The notes below the pieces were generated by a model, which saw only the letters and a program-made list of their open reading frames with translations, made no database searches and was not told where the DNA came from. From Candidatus Spongiisociaceae bacterium (lineage in GTDB: Bacteria > Actinomycetota > Acidimicrobiia > Spongiisociales > Spongiisociaceae): DNA of 64,000 nucleotides. Position 1 is the stretch's first letter, and every line of letters begins with the position of its first letter. Positions 1-10,020 of the stretch are shown piece after piece. Location: the NCBI GenBank assembly GCA_965262915.1, contig OZ253564.1, positions 1,216,001 through 1,280,000 of the forward strand, given 5' to 3'. Position numbers and translations under genes: made by a program.

Positions 1-1
1 G

Positions 2-133
2 GACTTCCAGCGGTGGGTCAGCGGCCAGGAGTTCCGAAGGGGCCACTCGCAGTCCGATCCGGGATCCGAACGCCGGCCGGTCGGAATCGCTTCGGAGTTG
101 CTCTCGTTCGAGGTGGTCGAGCACGTCGAGTAG
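2..133 (+). CDS. 3' end of antibiotic-biosynthesis-monooxygenase family protein (MhuD/IsdG-like), truncated by window edge
   Basis: Frame 2 reads DFQRWVSGQEFRRGHSQ...RPVGIASELLSFEVVEHVE*, resembling the MhuD C-terminus (F..W...H...PVA.GA.LL.FEVV). Confidence 0.6.
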   Translation, partial: DFQRWVSGQEFRRGHSQSDPGSERRPVGIASELLSFEVVEHVE

Positions 134-282
134 ACGACGCCCCGACTAGGAGGGTGGTCTAAACGGTGGGGAGCAACGGCCCGTCTTCCTCTGAACTGGC
201 ATTATGTCATCGGTCGACGGGCCGTGAAGGGGTTTCACACCACCCTCCTAGGGCACGGGGTAGCCATCAGGTAGCCAGATCG

Positions 283-945
283 CTAGGGCTTGGCTATGCC
301 GAGTAGGGCAAGCAGCGCGACCAGGGTCCAGATGGTGAACACGAAGGGGTAGCTGCGCCGCATCGCCGAGCGCAAAGTGTCGTTGACAGTTGGGCTAGGT
401 CCGTCGGACATAAGCTGAGCGAATGCCGGTCCGAACGGTTTGAGGGTGAGGCGGATCCCCGCTCCGGAGGCCACGATGATGCCGAACAGGCCGATCTTCA
501 GAGCAAGCCAGTTCTGGCTGAACGGGGCATCCGTGATCAGGGACACGGCCCCCGTAAGGACCAGAACCACCACCAGCACCGCCCTGAACCACACGTCGAA
601 GCGCTCGGCGGTGCGACCCGAGACCGTGCCGGTCCGGAAGCGGATGTACCAGGTCAGACCCAACCAGGCCAGACCGATTGCCCATACAAGAATCAGCCAG
701 ATGCCCGTGATGGGGGAGATCCCGAGGGCGGCAGCCAGGGAGAAGCCGATCGGCAGCATCATCACGTGCGATGTCCGGGGCGCCATGTCGATGGTGAACA
801 GGATCTTGGCGGCGATGGCCCGCCCGGGTACGGGAAGTTTCTCGTTGACGAGCGAGCGGGCCGAGATGAACACCCCGATATCGGCGCCCAGCCAGTAGAC
901 GAACAGCAGCACGTGAACCCAGAGCAGTACTTCGTAGCCGGTCAT
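283..945 (-). CDS. Multi-pass membrane protein, 220 aa (true start is the internal ATG at 945)
   Basis: MTGYEVLLWVHVLLFVYWLGADIGVF... with several hydrophobic helices; its ATG overlaps the TGA of the upstream ferredoxin frame (ATGA). Confidence 0.8.
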   Translation of the reverse strand: MTGYEVLLWVHVLLFVYWLGADIGVFISARSLVNEKLPVPGRAIAAKILFTIDMAPRTSHVMMLPIGFSLAAALGISPITGIWLILVWAIGLAWLGLTWYIRFRTGTVSGRTAERFDVWFRAVLVVVLVLTGAVSLITDAPFSQNWLALKIGLFGIIVASGAGIRLTLKPFGPAFAQLMSDGPSPTVNDTLRSAMRRSYPFVFTIWTLVALLALLGIAKP

Positions 946-1125
946 CTTCGTATCGGGAACTTGAGGCGGGTCAGTTCGATGGCGTCGTAGTGGCAGAAGA
1001 AGCTGCAGTAGCCGCAGGCGTCGCAGTCGGCGGTGAAGCGGGCATCCCAGCGGCCCTCCTGGACGTCGTCGGGCTGGATGTCGATGAACGCCATTACCGG
1101 GTTGAACTGCTGGGACTTCACCCAG
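942..1125 (-). pseudogene. C-terminal remnant of a 4Fe-4S ferredoxin-type protein
   Basis: Frame missing from the ORF track: WVKSQQFNPVMAFIDIQPDD...FTADCDACGYCSFFCHYDAIELTRLKFPIRR* (CxxCxxCxxxC); 5' part absent. Confidence 0.7.
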
Positions 1126-1665
1126 GAACCCGGTCGGCGTCATACCGTGCGAATCCAGGAAGGCAGCCATATCGCCGGTCTGCGTCCGCGTACCGCGTAT
1201 CAACTGGATCAGGTTGACCGGCACCGAGTCGGGTGCTTCGAACACCACCTCGGTAGGAGATCCGACCGCCTCGCTCATCTCGTAGGTGGTCGGCCGGCTC
1301 CAGAACCGATACCCGGCGCCGCGGAGCCGCAGGGCTGTGTCGTGGATGTGGTTGTTGTAGAAGTTGAGGTTTCCGAGACCGATCCAGGTCGTTTCGCGAC
1401 CGGCACGAACCTCTTGGCGGGAGTCGGCATGGAACTTCACCAGCATGACCCGGCCCACCCGGCTGCCTGGGAAGGTCGCTAGGACCGCTTCGGCTTCCGA
1501 ACCCGGCGGACATTGCCATTGAGCAGCCAGAGACCCGCCGGACCACGGTTGGCTATCGGTCACGGTAAGGCCGATCACGTCCCGGTAGAACGTCAACGAT
1601 TGCTCCATGTCTGCCACGCCGATGAACGAAATCCCGAGGGCGGAGCGGGCTTTATGGCTGGTCAA
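1126..1665 (-). pseudogene. VOC/glyoxalase family protein, 3'-truncated
   Basis: IGVADMEQSLTFYRDVIGL and EVVFEAPD..VNLIQ VOC motifs; VOC-like sequence stops after TPTGF where ferredoxin DNA begins. Confidence 0.7.
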
Positions 1666-2266
1666 TCTCGTTCTCCTTGTGGTCGGCGGTCCGTGTGCTG
1701 TCGACCTTTCTCCCTATCGGCGGCCGGTCGTCGCTGGATCGGCCCTCGCGGGGGTTTCACCGGCTTCCTGCGGAACTGTAGAGGCTCTACCCCACCTGGT
1801 CGGCTCTCGCGATGATTGGCCCGTGTGGGTACCAATCGGGAGATGCTCATGCCTTTCGATTGGTCACTGCCGGATATCGAGGATCAGCCCGACGGTTTCT
1901 CGGATGCGGGTGAGGATGACCGACCCAACGTTTCCTCGTACCCGGTTGATCCGAGCGGTCGAGACAGTTCGGATGTGCTGACATTGGGCGACGGATGGAC
2001 TCTCAAGCCCGTTGTGAGGATCAGGCTCGACTCCGACCTCAGATCCGTACCCGCGAATGGTGGTCGTCAGAGGTACAACATGAACGACGCTGGTCGTTTT
2101 CTGAGGATGGTCTGCGCAGTTACCAGTACCGCTGGATGGCGGAAGCTGGCCTTCCTCGCAAGGCCCGCCGACGGGCGTACCGGTAGCGTATCCCCCAGGT
2201 ACCGTTATGACGCTGGGCGGCCCAGGCTGCCTGCGGTGGGGTGGCTGAGGGGAACAGAGGAACCGG

Positions 2267-4651
2267 ATGGCGATGGCGGTCATGTTCAACGCTGTGCTGT
2301 TCCAGTCCCACATCGCCAGCCACCACCCCACGGTGCTGTCACCCACCCAGATGATTCACCTGGGCCACGTCGACCAGCATCAGGTCTTGGTCCAGTGGGC
2401 CCACATATTGGAGATCAACTATTGGCCGATCTACGCCGTGTCGGAGAGGCTGCTGGGGGACTGCATCAGCGACGAGGCAGCCGCCGAGAGCTTGTTGGGT
2501 GTCTTGTACGAAGCGGCGGCTCGGATCGCTGGGAGACCGGAGGCGGGTGGTTTGGTCGGCCGCTTGTTCGGGGAACTGATCGGAGACCGCAAGTTCTTGG
2601 CCACGTTTTACACCTTCCCGCTTCAGCAGTGTTTTTGGCGGAACTCGCGGTCGGTCGTCTCGACGTGGATTGGGCCGACCCTGGGGTGGTAGCCGGCCTG
2701 CGGGTGGGGGACATGGCATGCGGTACGGGGGCGTTGCTGACAGCGGTGTACCGACGGGTGGCGGAACGGCATCGGGTAGCGGGAGGCGACGAAGCCGACA
2801 TTCACCGGGGCCTGGTCGAAGATGTGCTCATCGGCTGTGACATTATGCCCGCCGGCGGTGCACCTGACCGCTGCCCGCCTGTCCGGGGAACGTCCCGACA
2901 TTGACTACTCGGGAACAAAAGCCTGGATCCTGCCCTACGGTGAGGTGTCGACCCCGACCGGCCCGGGTGATCAAGATCGGGTCTTTGGATCTGTTACGCG
3001 GTAACGAAACCGGCGCCCTGTGGGGAGACGGCACATCTGCTGTGACAGCTCACGGCGACGCCGCGAGCACCACCGCCGATATTCCTAACGGATCCCTCGA
3101 TGTGGTCATCATGAACCACCGTTCACCCGACCCACCAACCATGAGGCCATCCACGACCCCGACATTCCGGTCCCGTCGTTTGCCGGTTTCGCCAACGACG
3201 CCCAAGCGCAGAAGGCCATGGCGAAAGTGCTCACGGCCGTCAAGCGTCGCCTACCGAAACCGGTCGCGGGGCATGGGAACGCTGGTCTAGCGACGAACTT
3301 TGTTGATCTCGCCCACGCCAAACTGAAACCCGGCGGTGTGCTGGCTCTCATAGTCCCCGTCAAGATCATGGAAGGAACGGGCTGGGAGAACACCAGAAAG
3401 CTGCTCGCCCACAGCTACGAGAACATCGCCGCGGTGACCATATCGTCCGACCGAGACATCACCTCCGAGTCGCGGGCGTTCTCAGCCGACACCGGCATCG
3501 CAGAAGCGATCATCGTTGCCACCCGCCGAGCCGGCGAGGACACCCACCTCGGGCAGACTGTTAGCAACCGGCCGGTGGACACCGCCTATGCCATCCTGCA
3601 TGGCAGGCCCGCCACGTCCGCGGCCGCCGTCGAAGCAGCCCGCACCATAGCGGCCGACATCAGCGGACTGCGATCACTGTCGGTCGGTGACCAGGCCATC
3701 GGGTGGGCTATCACCGGGAAGCTCGACCCGTCCGGAGGCGGGCACCCAAGCGGCGTCTCAAACCCGGCCCTAGCACAAGCAGCTCTGTCGCTCACCGAAG
3801 GCCGGCTTGCCCTACCACCCCATGAGACCCTCAGCCTGGCTATCACCCCAGTCCGCGACTTGGGTAACCGCGGGCCGGTTGATCGGGATATCAACGGCAA
3901 AACACCCAGCGGCGGTAACCGGGGCCCGTTCGACGTTGAGAAACTGGACAACCGAAGCGCGTACAAGTTGGCTAACTGGCCGATGCTGTGATCCCACGAC
4001 AACCGACACGAGACCACCCTGGTAGTGCTGCCCTGCTCACAAGGGGCCGTCCGTCCAGGTATGAACGAAGCAGCCCGCAAGCTATGGGACGGGTACGAAC
4101 ACCAGGATGGTGAACCGATAGCAGCAGCCGGCCGTTTCCACATCAACTACGACTTCCGGTTTAATGCGCAGCCTCTCGGTGCCTGCCTAACCCCCGTCCC
4201 CGCCATCGGCGGCCGGGCCTGGCCATCGTTCGCGCCCACACCCACCAACAGCCCGGACGTGAACCATTGGGAAAAGGCCTTGGCGCTGTGGCTGAACACC
4301 ACCCTCGGGCTCGTAGCCCGCTGGTGGGTATCGAGCCGTCAGCAACATGGGCGGGCGAGCCTTACGGTCACAACAATCGGGAGTATTCCCGTGCTCGATC
4401 TCCGTGAGATCCCCCCGACCCGAGTGAGACGCCTTGCCGCAGAGTCCGACCGCTTCGCCGGCGAAAGTCTCCTGCCGGCTAACGAAGTCTTCCGTGACGA
4501 CACCCGCCAAGGAATAGACCGGGCTGTCCTCTGCGACGTTCTCGGACTACCCGAAAGCATCCTCGGTCCGCTCGCGACGCTGCGCCTGCAGTGGTGTACA
4601 GAACCCTCGGTACAAGGAAGCAAACGTACCGGCCCATCGGGCAGCGGATAG
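2267..4651 (+). pseudogene. N6-adenine DNA methyltransferase / type IIG-like R-M protein, frameshifted and nonsense-mutated
   Basis: ATFYT, motif I DMACGTGALL, motif IV frameshifted (ATGAACCACCGTTC; one extra C gives NPPF), LKPGGVLALIVP; in-frame TGA at 3989-3991; several frameshifts. Confidence 0.8.
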
Positions 4652-4811
4652 GCCAGCACCTCTCGTGTCGGAGTAAGCCCCGCTCGCCCGGCCTCGTCAG
4701 ATCGGCACGTCGATTCCTGATCCCGCCTCACAAACCGTTCGTCCATCGGCCTTCCTGTACGTGCCGGCGTGCTCCCGGCCCCTAAAACGGCTCCTAGCCG
4801 CTTGCGTTACG

Positions 4812-5135
4812 TTGGTTAACGACCCCAGGTCGGAGTTGGCCGGTTTGGAACGGTTCCCGACGGAAACAGGCCAAATCCTCGAGGGGTAGGGCCGCTACGA
4901 ACCAGCGGACCCTCCGGATCCGAAACTGGCCGAACACGCACGGGACGCCCTCGAAGCATTCCGAGAAAGAGAGGCCGGATGCGCGCACCTGTGCGGATGT
5001 TGGCGGGCGTCGTCGGTGGTGGACTCGACGATCCGGATCGCTCTCGAACTCGGCGGCTGGACCGTCCGGGGCCTCGCCGCCCACATAGGGGTTTCTCCGG
5101 GCCTGATCCAGAAGCGGGCCGGACGATCCGGGTAG
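4812..5135 (+). pseudogene. Remnant of Cys/His-motif + C-terminal HTH protein (copy 1)
   Basis: EAGCAHLCGCWRASSVVDSTIRIALELGGWTVRGLAAHIGVSPGLIQKRAGRSG*; internal TAG at 4887; paralogous to 8822-9037. Confidence 0.5.
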
Positions 5136-5170
5136 CCCCTCGACCTGGTGGTCCTGGTGATACTTGGCCC

Positions 5171-5891
5171 ATGGAAACGATTGAGATTGAGCAAGTCTTG
5201 GAATGGGCCGAGGGCCACGTTGAGGACCTCAGCAAAGAGATGCAGTGGGTGAGAGGTACCGGAAGGTACGGCTATTGGTCAACCCCTTTTCAAGGGGCTC
5301 AGGGCAGGGTCCGGACGCGGGCGACTTCTGCGGTGGCCTTCTTGGAGCAATTTCACCGGAACTGGATCTCGCTGGTCCATGAGCGCTCGCGAGGTGTTCA
5401 ACAATAAGGGCGAGAAGCAGTCGATGGAAAGCGGCGCACGCGCGGTAGGCGACGTGATCGCGGAGTGGGTTCGCATGGTCTGCTCCGGCCACGTGAAGCC
5501 CAGGCTCGTCGAATCGTTCAGCGTTAGCGCTGCAGCCTCAACGGATCTGCTTGAGCAGGTCCGGGCTCTGAATGCGGACAAAGGAGTTGTCCCGGCCGCT
5601 CCGATCGTATTGGCTGGAGTAGCTCTTGAGATCGCACTTCGGTCCGCGGTCGAGGAACTCGGTCTCACCGTCGAGGGACGGCCAAGCATCGATGCTTATG
5701 CCAAGGCGCTCCGCCAAGCCGATGTACTGAATAAGCAGGGCATCAAAGAGGTCACGCAGATGGCGGGCCTTCGCAACGACGCCGCGCATGGACATCACGA
5801 GATGCTCAGCCGCAAGGGAGCGACCTTGATGGAACAGCAAGTGAACCTCTTCCTCGCCCGGCTGGAGCACGCCGTCCAGCAGTCGAGCTGA
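5171..5891 (+). CDS. HEPN-domain protein, frameshifted near 5351
   Basis: METIEIEQV... joins the 5379-5891 frame if one T is removed from CAATTTCACC; AGVALEIALR and the RxxxxH motif RNDAAH. Confidence 0.7.
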
Positions 5892-6208
5892 ACCCAAGCC
5901 GCTGCCCAACCAGAAACTCAAACAAGGCTGATTTCGGGGAGCTTTCCCGGTGGAGGCGTGGTACTAACAGTGGGACGTGACTACTCCGCTGTTGCCTGGT
6001 CTAGCCGGTTACCTGGCTGTTCACCACCTGTAGCAACGGACACCCCTTCCGCTGGGGCGCTTTACTCGGTCGGCGAAGCGATTCGTAGGGTCTGTTGTAG
6101 CGGGCTACGTGGTCTGGTTGCTTACTCGGCTCTGAAGCGTGGCCCTTATCCTTTGGAGTACTACCAACTTGGGGAGAGAAACGTGACCGACGTGGGTGAC
6201 GAGGGACT

Positions 6209-6802
6209 ATGAGGGCTGGCAACAGTGTCAGTCTCGCCGTCACCGTCGCCGTCGCCCTGACCATCGTTGCTGTCTCGTGCGGACGTGGCAGCGAGGACAT
6301 AAGTAACCCTGACCTGTCGCCAGCGACCCCGGACCTGTCGCCAGCGACAACAAGTGAGACCCAGAGCAATCCGGACCCGTCCTCAGCGACAAGAGCGGAC
6401 CTGTCCCCAGCGACAAGAATTGAGCTCCAGGCCCGCGCTTTGTCTGCTGCCTGTTTTTCGGTGTCCTGTGACACGAAGCCCGTGTACGCGTACCTACATG
6501 CTGGCCCCGACGTGAGGGCCGCGCTGGAGGATGCGTTTGGAACGGATGTCGAGTTTCTCTCATACCAAGAACTCCGGGATGCGACTAGGTCTAATAGCAC
6601 CTATGCCTACGGGGCAACTCTCTTTGACGTGATGCGGCGGACTTATCTCCCAGCGGACGGTGTAGCAGCTGTCGATATCTGGATAGGAGAGGGTTTCGGT
6701 ATCGGGAGAGGAACCACGTTCCTGTTCAGGTGGAGCGGTGCAGGGTGGGAGCCGGTAACGCCTGCCGAAGCTGGCGTTACCGTGACGAGCGCCGTGACGT
6801 AG
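6209..6802 (+). CDS. Hypothetical lipoprotein with DLSPAT repeats
   Basis: Signal peptide ending VAVSC; GACCTGTCSCCAGCGAC repeated three times; GAGGG RBS. Confidence 0.65.
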   Translation: MRAGNSVSLAVTVAVALTIVAVSCGRGSEDISNPDLSPATPDLSPATTSETQSNPDPSSATRADLSPATRIELQARALSAACFSVSCDTKPVYAYLHAGPDVRAALEDAFGTDVEFLSYQELRDATRSNSTYAYGATLFDVMRRTYLPADGVAAVDIWIGEGFGIGRGTTFLFRWSGAGWEPVTPAEAGVTVTSAVT

Positions 6803-7128
6803 CATCCGCCCCTCACCTCAGTACCCCAGCACGTGGAGAGGGAAGGCCTAGTCCGGGGCAGGCCTAAGCCGAAGCCGTGGCGGGCCGGAACTCGGGGGGA
6901 CTCCGCCACGCTTCATACGCGGCTTTCGTCGGCACCGATCTCCTTGCAGGTAGGGCACGAGGCTCCGGCGGAAGAAGTCGTCGTCGAGGACGGCGGGAGC
7001 GAAAGATCCGGTTCGTGGCCACCGCCCGGCCGAACGTGCTACCCAGGGGGTGGGACACCACCGGTTGCAGCGGACCACCCTTCTGGGGTCCGCTGCGGGG
7101 CTTTTTTTCGTCCCGTTACACTGACGGT

Positions 7129-8025
7129 ATGAGCCATGCCGAATCGCTGGGGCGGCCGGAATGGGTCTCCGGCGAGATGTTCCCGTTCGAGAGCCGGTTC
7201 TTCACCACAGCGCAGGCACATCAGATGCACTACGTCGACGAGGGCGACGGCGAGCCCGTTGTCTTCGTCCACGGCAATCCGGCCTGGTCCTTCGAGTTCC
7301 GCCATCTGATCACCGGGCTCCGGCCCCAGTATCGATGCATCGCCGCGGATCACATCGGTTTCGGGCTGTCGTCGCGTAGCAACCGTCCCGACGACCACCA
7401 CCCCCGGGCCCACGCGGCCGCGTTCGAGGCCCTGATGTTGGACTTAGACGTCGGGGACGCGACCCTCTTTCTGACCGACTGGGGCGGGCCGATCGGGTTG
7501 GACTTCGCGCGCAGGCACCCGGAACGGGTGAGGCGGCTCGTGATCGCTAACACATGGTGCTGGCCGGTCAACCGCGACTTCCACTTCTGGTTCTTCAGCT
7601 CTGTGATGTCGAGCTTTGTCGGCCAGTATTTGATCAAGAAGCGCAACTTCTTCGTGAATGGGGTGATGCTCAGGGCGGTGGGCGACAAGCAGATCCTCAC
7701 TCCTGAGGTCATGAGCCACTATCGCAACGCCCAGCCCACCCCGGAGGCCCGAGCCGCCAATGCAGCGCTGCCCGGCTACATCGTCGGGGCCTCCGAGTGG
7801 CTCCAGTCGATCTGGGGCGACCGGGACACCTTCGTGGACAAGCCGTCGCTGATCCTTTGGGGCGCGAAGGACATCGCGTTCCGGACCAAGGAACTGGAAC
7901 GCTGGAAGACCGAGCTCTCGCAATGCGAGGCCCATGTGTTCGCCGACTGCGGGCATTTCGTCGCGGAGGAAGCGCCGCACAGGGTGCTTCCACTGCTTCA
8001 GCAATGGATGTCAACATCCAGCTGA
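7129..8025 (+). CDS. Alpha/beta hydrolase, haloalkane dehalogenase-like
   Basis: MHYVDEG, HGNP.WS, nucleophile DWGG, WG.KD, CGHFVAEE. Confidence 0.85.
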   Translation: MSHAESLGRPEWVSGEMFPFESRFFTTAQAHQMHYVDEGDGEPVVFVHGNPAWSFEFRHLITGLRPQYRCIAADHIGFGLSSRSNRPDDHHPRAHAAAFEALMLDLDVGDATLFLTDWGGPIGLDFARRHPERVRRLVIANTWCWPVNRDFHFWFFSSVMSSFVGQYLIKKRNFFVNGVMLRAVGDKQILTPEVMSHYRNAQPTPEARAANAALPGYIVGASEWLQSIWGDRDTFVDKPSLILWGAKDIAFRTKELERWKTELSQCEAHVFADCGHFVAEEAPHRVLPLLQQWMSTSS

Positions 8026-8821
8026 GGAACCAGATCGCACAGGAAGCGTTGACTCCCTGAACGGAAGGGCCCGGACTTAGAAGTCGGCTCCGGCCAAGCC
8101 GAGGCTGGATCCTGCCCGTCCATCCCGTCGCTGTTCCGGCTGTTCCTGGGTTTGTTCCTGGGCCTGCTTAGGCGTCTACCTCAAAGGGCCGTAGCGCCTT
8201 GAGGAAAAGAACCGGCGACGGACCACCCTTCCGCTGGGGGCTCGTGTCGGTGGTGTGGTCTCGACGACGGGCGACCTAATGGTGGTCATCCAATATCGGC
8301 TCTTGCTCGTGTCGCTGTGGGTGCTGGTGGACAAAGACGCGCCGGCGGCGGATCGGGAGTGGTGGTCGATGGTGTCCCGCATCCGGCGAGCCCGCGGGTA
8401 GAGCGGCGTTGTGGGCCCGGGAGCCTCGGGCCGTTTCTCCCCACATAACGGCCCCTCCTACCTACTGGCGTGCTCCCGACCTCTGAAAGGACTCGGGGGG
8501 CTTGACCGGCCGCCGACAGCGGTTACCCGCCCGATGGTCTCACCAGCCTCGGCGGTTCCGTTTGGGTGGGTGTCGGAGGGGGGAGTGGAGGTGGCAGTGG
8601 TCGGTCGGGTTGTAGATGGACAGGCGCGCCGTGCAGCTGTCGGTGGCGCAGTAGCGGCCGGGGGGATATGTGGGTGGTGGGCGCCCTGGGGGGCGGACTC
8701 TGCTCATAGGGGGTTCACGGTACTCGTTTTGTTTAGCTGTGACCGAGGGCTATCGGTTCGACGTTGCATAGCTGGTTGAAGCTGTCCCGGTGTACACCGG
8801 CGCTGACCTGGGGTTTTGTAG

Positions 8822-9037
8822 GTTGAATCTTGCCGATCCGCCCTCGTTGGGGAATCGCTAGCGTCGTTCCGGGAAATCGAGGCGGGCTGCGTCCATCTGT
8901 GCGGCTGCCGTCGGGCTAGTTCGGTGTTGGACTCGACGAGGCGGGCCGCGTTCGAGCTGGGCGGCTGGACCGTCCGGGGCCTCGCCAAGGCGATTAACGT
9001 GTCACCGGCCCTGATTCAGAAACGGGCCGGACGATGA
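8822..9037 (+). pseudogene. Remnant of Cys/His-motif + HTH protein (copy 2), no start codon
   Basis: EAGCVHLCGCRRASSVLDSTRRAAFELGGWTVRGLAKAINVSPALIQKRAGR*. Confidence 0.5.
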
Positions 9038-9073
9038 AGGCCTGGTGGTTTCGCCTGGTCCCGCCCGGTGTCC

Positions 9074-9178
9074 TGGATCGGTGATAATACGGGCCGTCTC
9101 CGGCAGGGCACCAGGTGCGGCCGATGCCCGGAAACGCGGGAGTTCGTCTACTAGCCCGGTCTCCGCTGACCATCGTTG
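9074..9178 (+). repeat. ~105-bp dispersed repeat, copy A (others at 44656-44760 + and 46190-46291 -)
   Basis: Shared core TCGTCTACTAGCCCGGTCTCCGCTGACCATCGT. Confidence 0.85.
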
Positions 9179-10020
9179 CCGGGAACAGGACGATGACGAC
9201 CCCACCCCAGCCCTACCCCAACCCCCTCTCATGATCGGATGGTCGGGTACCCAATTCGGGAGGGAGGGGTGAACCCGTGCAAACTGGGGTGGGCAGGCTG
9301 TCTAGGTCGTATTCGGACCCTCCCGGGCCTTAGATCGGCTTGTAGACCTTTGGGTCGTGTTGGTTAGCGTTCCGAACACGGTTTCTGGGGTGTTACCGCC
9401 CGAAACCCCCTCGAGGAGTTTCGCCGCCACGGCGTGCTGAGGGAACCGGTTACCGGGCTGTTCGCCGGGTGGCGACGGATCACCTTTCCGCTGGAGGGAC
9501 TCAGGGGGAGTTAGGGCTGGTCGGGGTGTTTCAGGACAGCCAGCGCCGCAGCTCCCCGTCCAGGTTCTCGCCGGCGTGGGGGATGACCCCGGATGCGGTG
9601 TGTAGCTGTCCGTCGGCGTCTACGGTGACGGCCGGGGTCGGGCCGCCGTCTAGGACTTCGATGTGTCCGTTTTGGTTGATGTGGGACAGCACGCTTACAG
9701 CCACGTTCGTCCCTTTCGGGTGCCGGTGTGTTTGAGGGTACCGGGACGGTGTGACAGACGGCCGCCGGAGACGTTCAGCACGGCGGGTTCTTGGTCATCG
9801 GACTGGTTCGGAGGGTTGATGGTCTTCGCCGAGGCTGGGGTTGTTGGTTCTACTGGCTTGGGTGCCGTTTCTGTGGCGGGCTGTTGAACAGTTTATGGCC
9901 GCCGAGCTACTGTCCCGGAACGCTCGACGCGGCCTGGCTGTTCGGTGTCGGTGGCAACCGGCTGACACTTTCGTTGAATGTCGCGTAGGTGGGCAGGGCT
10001 CGGTGCGTATCATGGTGATC

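Noticed and set aside
190-215. ATTATGTCA as another dif site (also ~24808 and ~32279)
   Set aside because: Only a XerD-like half; no CCGATAA arm at the 6-bp spacing
3989-3991. In-frame TGA in the methyltransferase as selenocysteine
   Set aside because: No redox motif; the context fits Trp (TGG>TGA) and the gene has multiple frameshifts
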